Assembly (NCBI GenBank): GCA_046757165.1
Contig: JBHHXT010000039.1
Location: 1-31,636 of the forward strand
Length of the DNA: 31,636 bases
Direction of reading: 5' to 3'
DNA from: a bacterium
GTDB taxonomy: Bacteria; Zhuqueibacterota; Zhuqueibacteria; Oceanimicrobiales; Oceanimicrobiaceae
Made by a program: the position numbers and the translations under genes. Shown one piece after another: positions 1 to 7,253 of this stretch (the stretch's first letter is position 1; each line of letters begins with the position of its first letter). The notes under the pieces were generated by a model, which searched no databases, had not been told where the DNA came from, and worked only from the letters and a program-made list of their open reading frames with translations.

Positions 1-202
1 CCCGACGCAAACGGCTCCCAACCGGGGGGACGGGCCGGTGTAGTTCAAGCTTTAGCTTGCAGGGGCGGGGAAAAACACGCTAAAGCGTGAACACCCCGCC
101 TAATCCAAGCCCGACGCAAACGGCTCCCAACCGGGGGGACGGGCCGCTGTTCAAGCTTTAGCTTGCAGGGGCGGGGAAAAACACGCTAAAGCGTGAACAC
201 CC
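1..202. repeat. Tandem pair (period 109 bp) of REP-doublet (REPIN-like) units
   Basis: 1-96 and 110-202 are near-identical. Each holds two hairpins in inverted orientation, CAAGC-TTTA-GCTTG and CACGC-TAAA-GCGTG-AACAC. Copy 1 has GTAG at 40-43. Confidence 0.85.
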
Positions 203-217
203 TATACCAGCGCGCGC

Positions 218-877
218 TTATTCATCCTCCCCAATTATCCCCTCGCGCATGGCATATTGGGTCAGCTCGGCGATACTCCAGATGTTGAGCTTCTCCATAA
301 TGTTGCGTTTGTGAGCATCAACGGTCTTGCGGGAGATATTCAAATCGCTGGCAATGCTCTTCGAGGGGTCTCCGGACGCGATTCGTTGCAAAATTTCCAG
401 CTCGCGAGCCGTGAGCTTTTTCTGAGCGCTACCATCCTCACTCTGCACCGTAGTGACGTAGTCCTCCTGGATCACCTGCAACATCTCTTCACTGAAATAG
501 GACTTTCCGCTGACCACGGTGCGGACCGCCTCGACCAGCTCATCCTCGGTGCACCCCTTGAACAGATAGCCGCAGGCGCCGGCGGACAACATGCGTTTGA
601 CATAGGTCAAGTCCTCCATCACCGAGAGCGCGATCACTTTGGTCTCCGGGTTCGCTGCCATTATTTTTTGCGTCGCTTGCATGCCGGAGACCTGCGAGCC
701 GCGCAGCATGATGTCCATCAACACGATATCCGGAGACAATTCCTCGGCCAAATCGACGGCCTTCTGGCCATCCCCGATTTCGCCGACCACGTTGATGTCG
801 GGCTGCTTTTCGAGCAGCGCGCGCAGACTCGCCCGGATAAGCGTATGGTCCTCGACCAGCAACACACTAAGCGGCAT
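218..877 (-). CDS. NarL/FixJ-family response regulator (REC + LuxR HTH)
   Basis: N-terminal LLVEDH...DIVLMDI...GYLFK receiver motifs; C-terminal LTARELEIL...IASDLNISRKTVDAHKRNIMEKL LuxR HTH. Confidence 0.95.
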   Translation of the reverse strand: MPLSVLLVEDHTLIRASLRALLEKQPDINVVGEIGDGQKAVDLAEELSPDIVLMDIMLRGSQVSGMQATQKIMAANPETKVIALSVMEDLTYVKRMLSAGACGYLFKGCTEDELVEAVRTVVSGKSYFSEEMLQVIQEDYVTTVQSEDGSAQKKLTARELEILQRIASGDPSKSIASDLNISRKTVDAHKRNIMEKLNIWSIAELTQYAMREGIIGEDE

Positions 878-1667
878 CGGTTTCCTCCGTTCTTAGCGGC
901 ACAGCAATCATAACGGCCCCGCCTTTTGGCCGGGACCTGTCAATCTCCAAATGTCCCCTGTAATGCTCCGCCTGAATTTGAATATTGAACAAGCCGTAGC
1001 CATGACGGTAGGTATGGTGATTATTTGAGTGCTTTGAGCTGAATCCAACGCCATTGTCCTCGACCACGACCCGGTAGTGATTGCGCCTCCGGCTCAGCTT
1101 AATGGTGGCCGTATCTGCCCGGGCATGTTTTGCCACATTCAGAATAAGCTCCCGAATGGCTTTATAGAGAAACACGGCGACATCCTGCTCAACCGGTTTG
1201 TTCCGACCATCATCTTCTATTTTGATATCGATCTGATATTGCCGCTGACAAAGTACGACGAACGACTCGACAGCCGCTTCTAACCCCAAATCATATAACG
1301 CCGGTGGAATCAGATCGAAAATGAGAGAGCGAGTTCCTTTCATGAGCTGACGCAGGGTTTGCGTGAGCTGGTCAAAATCCTGGCGTGCTTCCCCTGATCC
1401 CCACTTTTTCTTGAGCTGCTCGATCGAGCGGGTGCAGACAATCAAGGTCTCTCCGATGCGGTCGTGCAGCTCTTCGGCGATGCGCTTTCGTTCCTGCTCT
1501 TCCGCTGAGGACAACCTCACCGTCAAGGCCCGCAGTTTTTCCTGAGCCTGTCTGAGATGCCGGTTGGAAACCAGAATGTGAATGGCATAGGAAACCACAA
1601 TAAGCAGGATGGCAGACACGGCGAAACCAACCGCGACGATAAATTGCGTTGAATCTGTCTCGAGCAA
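867..1667 (-). CDS. NarX-like (HisKA_3) histidine kinase with a single N-terminal TM helix
   Basis: ERKRIAEELHD H-box, ELILNVAKHA N-box, VEDNGVGF G1 and GYGL G2. TTG start preceded by GAGGA; overlaps the regulator start. Confidence 0.9.
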   Translation of the reverse strand: MLETDSTQFIVAVGFAVSAILLIVVSYAIHILVSNRHLRQAQEKLRALTVRLSSAEEQERKRIAEELHDRIGETLIVCTRSIEQLKKKWGSGEARQDFDQLTQTLRQLMKGTRSLIFDLIPPALYDLGLEAAVESFVVLCQRQYQIDIKIEDDGRNKPVEQDVAVFLYKAIRELILNVAKHARADTATIKLSRRRNHYRVVVEDNGVGFSSKHSNNHHTYRHGYGLFNIQIQAEHYRGHLEIDRSRPKGGAVMIAVPLRTEETDAA

Positions 1668-1734
1668 GAGATAATCCTCAGGTAACGATACGTGGTCTAA
1701 ATGTCCCGATCCTAATGCAGCAAGGCTGCAAATG

Positions 1735-1870
1735 AATGGAACGCGGATTCAACGGACTTAACGGATTGACACGGATCTGATTTTGCGTGAAAACTTCCAC
1801 TGACTTCGACACATTACGTGAATCATCATTAAGTCCAATCCGTACCGATCCGTCAAATCCGTGTTCCATT
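1735..1870. repeat. Imperfect inverted-repeat element built from 9-10 bp periodic CGGA(T/C) units
   Basis: Left arm AATGGAACGCGGATTCAACGGACTTAACGGATTG (1735-1768); reverse complement of right arm (1836-1870) is AATGGAACACGGATTTGACGGATCGGTACGGATTG. Confidence 0.75.
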
Positions 1871-2046
1871 TTGTTTGCACTTTTTTGCAAAAGATGGGTG
1901 GTCATAACAGAATTAAGAATCAATAACATCAAAATCAACATAAGAAAATAGTTTACTAAAGAACAAGTAAAAAGCTTACAAATTTTGCCAGAATGCCAAT
2001 AGATTTTCATTCATGAGTTAAGTAGGGTTAAGGAGGTGCAAAAGGA

Positions 2047-2062
2047 GGGGAAATATTTCCCC
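2047..2062. promoter_or_regulatory. Perfect 16-bp palindrome, candidate transcription-factor operator
   Basis: GGGGAAATATTTCCCC lies in the divergent intergenic region between the two-component pair and the 2489 gene. Confidence 0.35.
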
Positions 2063-2488
2063 CTGAGCGCGTCATTCATGACGCTTCCCAAACTAAGCCT
2101 GGCGGTCAATCGCGCGCGATTTCGCAAGCAAGATGCGTGCGCTACTTTGTCACCGCTCCGGTTTGGGACCGCAGGTTCAGCTACACTCCAGTTTAGTATG
2201 GCTGGGAAAAGTGACATTCGAGATGCTGCGAGTACGTGGTTATCGTACAAAGTTGCAGGTTGTTCTCCCATCGTGTGCCGGAAAAACAGAGTCAAGGGTT
2301 GTGTTGAATCCTGCTCTGCTGCCAGGGCAGGTGGGTCACCAAGTAGCTTCCGCTTTCTCTCTAACTGTTGCCAAACTCAAGAAAGGTGGTCAATCCGCTA
2401 TTCTAATGTCAGATTTCCTATTCTTTCAGGTTATTCAAGACACAGGCAGCCTGATTCATAATCTTTCATTAGAATAAGGAGAGACACC

Positions 2489-5400
2489 ATGAAAACTTTC
2501 GTTCGTATTTTGGCGATTGTTTTGCCCCTCGTGGGCTGTGCCGCGTCTGGCTTCGGTCAGCCGATCGCGAGATTTACCGCGAATCCGTTGCAGGGCGATG
2601 CCCCGCTGACGGTGCAATTCAACAATCGCTCGCAAGGCGAGATTACCAGCAATGCCTGGGTGTTCGGAGATGGCCAGACGAGCAATGCCAGAAACCCGGA
2701 GCATACCTACACGGTTCCAGGGGTCTATACGGTCAAGCTGACGGTCACCGGCCCGGGCGGCAGCGACACCAAGGAGCGAGCTGACTACATCACCGTCACC
2801 GGGCAAGCGCTCAATCGGCCGCGGGATTTGACCGCGCAAGTCGCGGACAATGCCGTCGCGCTGCAGTGGATGAAGCCGGCGACCGGCGACGGCGGCGCGC
2901 CGTGCGACACGGCGCTGGTCGCTTATGATGACGGCAGCTCGGAGGTCGCGCTGACGACGACCACCGACAATATCGAGCTGTGCGTGCGCTTCACACCAGA
3001 CTCTTACCCTGCGACCGTCCTGGGCATGCTCTTCCTGGGCGGCATCTCGACGCCGGACGAGTACGGGCTTTGGGTTTACCTCGATCCTGACGGCCAGGAC
3101 AACGGCCCCGCCGGAGATCCCGTTTTCGCCGGCGCGGTCAATATCACGCAGGTGGGGGCAAATGGCGGGGTTTTTCCCGACCCCATCGTCGTTGAGAGTG
3201 GAGACTTCTACATCAGCCTTGTCAATCTGCCAACCACCAACGGTTATGCCGTCGGCCTGGATAACAACTCGGCCGATGCGGGTCGTTCCTGGCTCAAGCT
3301 GAACCAGCAAGTTCAACGGCTCACCGGCACGCAGTTCGAGGGCAATCTCGTCATCGATGCTGTCGTCGAGCAGTGCAATGCCGGCAGCACAATCATCACC
3401 ACACTCACGCCCGGCAGAAAACGCGAACCGTTGACTGCCAGTCCGGCCTTCGCCGACGTGGCAACCCAGGCCTCGTTGTCAGCGCCGGTCTATGCGCACA
3501 ACACTAACGGTTTTGCCAGGGTAGGCGAGAATCTGCTCGGCGCACGGTTCACCCTCTCGACCACATTTGCAGCCGCAGCCCTGCAAGGATTCCATGTCTA
3601 TCGCTCAACCACCCCCCCGGTGCAAATCGACCCTGCCAACAGGATCCGGCAGAATCAGAGCGCGGACGATACGACGTTTACAGACCCCAATCTCCAGCCC
3701 GGAACTTACTACTACGCTGTGACAGCGCAGTACGACCAGGGGGAGAGCGGGCCGTCCAACGAAATTGTGGCGCAGATTGTGGCCACAACCCTCAATCCAC
3801 CGCGCGACCTGCAGGCGACCGTTGCCGGCAACACCGTGGCGCTGGACTGGCTGGCGCCCGAGAATGGTGGGGGCGGCGGCATGGTGCCCGAAACCGAACC
3901 CAACGATTCGCCGGAGCAGTCAGACCCGTTCGCTTTTGGAGAAACAGCCCAGGGCGCCATCGATCCCGAAGGAGACGGCGACTTCTGGCAGTTCCAGGGT
4001 ACCTCCGGGCAGCGCGCGGTCATCGATGTCGATGCCCAGGTCAACGGCTCTGCACTGGACGCGGTCATCGGCCTCTTTGTCGACCAGGACGACGATGGCG
4101 ACGGGCTGCCGGATATCGTCGATGCCAATGACGATTCCGGCGGCTCGCTCGACTCACGCCTGGACCTCACGTTGCCCAGAACCGACCGCTACTTCATCCT
4201 GATCGTCGACTTCTCCGCCCTCAGGGACAATCTTCCCGATGAAGGCGGACCAGACTATTTCTATGAGATGAGTCTGAGCTCCTCCAGCACAACAACCTCA
4301 GCGGCGAACCCTGCACAGACCAGTCACAACAAGCGCTTCCGTCTTGATGTGGCCACCCTGAAGGCAAAGCTAAGAGCCGTGGCTCAGACAAGATTCGAAG
4401 CACGCGGAGAGCGGAACTCGCACCTGACCCACGCAACCGCGGAACTGCAAAGCTACAATGTCTACCGCGCCACCTCGACGCCGGTGCCGTTGACGCCATC
4501 GAACCGGATCGCGACGGTCGACGCCGGGGTCACCACTTTCGACGATACAGGTTTGTCAGCCGGAACCTACCACTATGCGGTCGCCGCGGTCTATGATGAC
4601 GGGGAGAGCGGGCCGTCCAACGAAGCATCTGCTACCGTGTCCACAAGCGGCGGCACTATCGAAGTTAGGGTAGAAGACACGCAGACGATTGGCAGCGAAT
4701 TCTGGGTTGATATCGCGGTGGCCGGGGTCGCGAATTTCTTCGGGGTCAGTTTTGACCTCGGGTTCACCAACAGCAGTTTTGTCGACGTGGTAACGCCGAC
4801 CAGCAGCAACGTGGTCCCGGGTGACTTTCTGGGCAACGATGTGGTCTTTGCCACCAACGTCGATGAGGCAGCCGGTACAGTCAGCATCGGCATCAGCCGC
4901 AAGAGTGGTCAGGGCGGTGTCGACGGGGGCGGGGTGGTCGCGCGGGTGAAATTTGTCTCCCGGCCGTCGACGCCTCCTGGCACTCAAAGCGAATTCTCGC
5001 TGCGCAGCGTCACTGCGAACGACCCGGATGGACAGCCGATCAGCCTGTCCGCCTCAGGAGCGACCGTCACCTTCACCCCCGGACTCATCGTCTGGCCAGG
5101 CGACACGGACAACAACGGCGTCGTCAACCAGGCCGACGTCCTGCCACTGGGACTGCACTGGGGCAGAACTGGCCCGGCGCGTGACAACGCCTCGACTGCC
5201 TGGGTTGGACAGCCGGCCGAACCCTGGACGCCCGAAACCGCCACCTATGCCGATGCCAACGGCAACGGTGTCGTCAACCAGACCGACGTGTTGCCCATCG
5301 GATTGAACTGGGGCCAGACACATTCGGCGCCAGCGGCACTCGCGAAAGCACACAACCCCACCCTGGCAAAACTGGCGGCGGGTGGCACGGCCATCCTTCG

Positions 5401-6100
5401 CCTGGAGATCGTTGGCAAAGCCAACCCGGGCGAAGCCTTCCAGGTGAAGGTCATCGTTGAAAACGTCAGCGATCTCTTCGGCATTTCGTTCGAGATCGCC
5501 TATTCGCCGACCACATTCATGCAGGCGCAAAAGTCGAATGCAGGCGACTTCCTGGGAAGTGACATTGTCTTCGTTGATAATATCACCGAGGGGTTGATCA
5601 GCATCGGCCTGTCGCGCAAAGCCGGCCAGGGTGGGGTTGACAACTCTGGTGTCGTCGCCATCATCGATGCGGTGATGTCAAATGAGGCAAACATCGAAGA
5701 CCACACCTCGTTGACGTTGCAGAACGTCGCGGCCAATGATCCGAATGGCGTTGCCATCGAATTCGAGGTGCAGAGTGGCGCGGTTATCACCGACGTTCAT
5801 TCCGGCTCAGGCACGCTGCCGGACCGCTTCGTCCTCAATCCGAACTTTCCGAATCCCTTCAATCCGGGCACGCAGATCAGCTACGCATTGCCGCGACAAG
5901 CGTCGGTCCGGATTGACATCTACGACCTGTTGGGCAGGCAGGTTCGGACCCTGGTCGACGAAACCATGCCAGCCGGACGCCATGCCATCGTCTGGGACGG
6001 CCGAGACCAGCACGGCCAGGCGGCAGCGTCCGGGGTGTACATCTATCGCATCCGCGCGGGCGAGTTTGTGGAAAGCCGCAGGATGCTGCTGGTCAAATAG
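2489..6100 (+). CDS. Secreted multidomain surface protein: PKD, two interrupted FN3-like domains, PPC-like domain, cohesin-like/dockerin-like/cohesin-like, FlgD-Ig/T9SS-type CTD
   Basis: AAGGAG RBS; signal peptide; WVFGDG...HTYTVPGVYTVKLTV (PKD); two GTYxYAVxAxYDxGESGPSNE; ETEPND...GAIDPEGDGDFW (PPC-like); duplicated GDTDNNGVVNQADVL/ADANGNGVVNQTDVL; NFPNPFN...WDG...SGVY CTD. Confidence 0.9.
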   Translation: MKTFVRILAIVLPLVGCAASGFGQPIARFTANPLQGDAPLTVQFNNRSQGEITSNAWVFGDGQTSNARNPEHTYTVPGVYTVKLTVTGPGGSDTKERADYITVTGQALNRPRDLTAQVADNAVALQWMKPATGDGGAPCDTALVAYDDGSSEVALTTTTDNIELCVRFTPDSYPATVLGMLFLGGISTPDEYGLWVYLDPDGQDNGPAGDPVFAGAVNITQVGANGGVFPDPIVVESGDFYISLVNLPTTNGYAVGLDNNSADAGRSWLKLNQQVQRLTGTQFEGNLVIDAVVEQCNAGSTIITTLTPGRKREPLTASPAFADVATQASLSAPVYAHNTNGFARVGENLLGARFTLSTTFAAAALQGFHVYRSTTPPVQIDPANRIRQNQSADDTTFTDPNLQPGTYYYAVTAQYDQGESGPSNEIVAQIVATTLNPPRDLQATVAGNTVALDWLAPENGGGGGMVPETEPNDSPEQSDPFAFGETAQGAIDPEGDGDFWQFQGTSGQRAVIDVDAQVNGSALDAVIGLFVDQDDDGDGLPDIVDANDDSGGSLDSRLDLTLPRTDRYFILIVDFSALRDNLPDEGGPDYFYEMSLSSSSTTTSAANPAQTSHNKRFRLDVATLKAKLRAVAQTRFEARGERNSHLTHATAELQSYNVYRATSTPVPLTPSNRIATVDAGVTTFDDTGLSAGTYHYAVAAVYDDGESGPSNEASATVSTSGGTIEVRVEDTQTIGSEFWVDIAVAGVANFFGVSFDLGFTNSSFVDVVTPTSSNVVPGDFLGNDVVFATNVDEAAGTVSIGISRKSGQGGVDGGGVVARVKFVSRPSTPPGTQSEFSLRSVTANDPDGQPISLSASGATVTFTPGLIVWPGDTDNNGVVNQADVLPLGLHWGRTGPARDNASTAWVGQPAEPWTPETATYADANGNGVVNQTDVLPIGLNWGQTHSAPAALAKAHNPTLAKLAAGGTAILRLEIVGKANPGEAFQVKVIVENVSDLFGISFEIAYSPTTFMQAQKSNAGDFLGSDIVFVDNITEGLISIGLSRKAGQGGVDNSGVVAIIDAVMSNEANIEDHTSLTLQNVAANDPNGVAIEFEVQSGAVITDVHSGSGTLPDRFVLNPNFPNPFNPGTQISYALPRQASVRIDIYDLLGRQVRTLVDETMPAGRHAIVWDGRDQHGQAAASGVYIYRIRAGEFVESRRMLLVK

Positions 6101-6209
6101 TCTCTGTGATTTAGCGGGGGGTCCAGTCTCTTATATACTGGGCCTCCCAATTTATTAGAACAGACTCTCGAAATGAGAATCACTTGAAAATTCAACGAAA
6201 GACGGAGGC

Positions 6210-6971
6210 ATGAAAATGACAACCTACGACATCTATCAAAACAAGACCGGTGTTTTCGAAGCCGTCAAACAGGGCTGGTCCTGGCCCGGTTTCTTCTTCA
6301 GTTGGATCTGGGCGCTCGTCAAGGGGATGCCCGGTCTGGGGTTTGGTCTGCTCATCGGCGCCTTGCTAGTAGGCGCTCTTCTGGGCGCACTGCAAGCTCC
6401 GGAGGGCATCGTGAACTTGTTGGGCCTGGCAATTTCCTTGTGGGTCGGCTCGCAAGGCAACAAGATGCGCGAAAAGAAGCTGATAGAAAAAGGCTATGAC
6501 TACGTCGAGACCTTGACCGCAACCTCGGCGTACACCGCCATTGTCGCGGCAAGAAGCGCCACACTCACCCACTCAGATCTCGCTTATGTGGAACAGGACA
6601 ATGCCGGCACGCGCCACGACCGCGCGGAGCATACAGAGGCCATCTGTCGCGCTGACGACCCTCTGGAGCCCCACTTGCGGTATCAGTTCGAAAGTGAGGC
6701 AGACGCCAAAAAGGCCATGCTCGCCCTCGATTTCATCCATGTCGCACAGGATACCGGCAATTTGATTTGCACCCGACCCCTTGCTTTTGGTGTCTACGGC
6801 GATGAAGGTCACGGATTTGAAGCTTTCCTGATGGGAAAGGAGTTAACGGCTACGCAGTGGCAGCGCGCAAAAACTCTCTTTGCAGAGCATGGCGGGATTA
6901 CAAAATCAGAGCACCAGGCGGCGGATGCTCTGCCCGCGTCGCATGTCCAACAAAGTGAAGGGACTTTTTGA
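6210..6971 (+). CDS. DUF2628-like membrane protein fused to an unknown soluble C-terminal domain
   Basis: GGAGG RBS; EAVKQGWSWPGFFFSWIWAL...GN...L.EKGY pattern typical of DUF2628; hydrophobic helices in the first ~85 aa. Confidence 0.7.
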   Translation: MKMTTYDIYQNKTGVFEAVKQGWSWPGFFFSWIWALVKGMPGLGFGLLIGALLVGALLGALQAPEGIVNLLGLAISLWVGSQGNKMREKKLIEKGYDYVETLTATSAYTAIVAARSATLTHSDLAYVEQDNAGTRHDRAEHTEAICRADDPLEPHLRYQFESEADAKKAMLALDFIHVAQDTGNLICTRPLAFGVYGDEGHGFEAFLMGKELTATQWQRAKTLFAEHGGITKSEHQAADALPASHVQQSEGTF

Positions 6972-7037
6972 GTGGCCACAAAAGGAACGAATCATAGAGG
7001 CGCTGAAGAACGCCATCTAAAGAGCATGCCCCTTTTC

Positions 7038-7069
7038 TGAACCGCTAATTGACGCGAATGTACGCGAAT
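7038..7069 (+). repeat. Solo arm of the 9-10 bp periodic repeat family
   Basis: TGAACCGCTAATTGACGCGAATGTACGCGAAT, with CGC(T/G)AAT at 7043, 7053 and 7063. Confidence 0.5.
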
Positions 7070-7153
7070 ATGGTTTTGATTTGCTGATTCCAGCTGAGGT
7101 CACCCCGCAACTTCTCAACCCTTGTTTTGCTTCTACACCGACCTCGAACCACC

Positions 7154-7189
7154 AAAAAATAAGGCCCGGGTCCTGACGGACCCGGGCCT
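7154..7189 (-). terminator. Rho-independent terminator of the minus-strand cluster
   Basis: 12-bp perfect stem AGGCCCGGGTCC/GGACCCGGGCCT (7162-7189) with a 4-nt loop, followed on the minus strand by TATTTTTT, about 65 bp after the stop at 7254. Confidence 0.85.
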
Positions 7190-7253
7190 CTGGCTCAATT
7201 AGTGGGTGGGATAGAGAGGAGGATTCTATAGGACACCCGACGAAACGATGCCG

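Noticed and set aside
1..202. CRISPR array
   Set aside because: Units are ~95-bp near-identical blocks without unique spacers, and no cas genes are present.
1678..2477. Short ORFs 1678-2010, 2011-2295, 2036-2461 and 2133-2477
   Set aside because: They overlap repeats and AT-rich promoter DNA, conflict with each other, and show no recognisable motifs.
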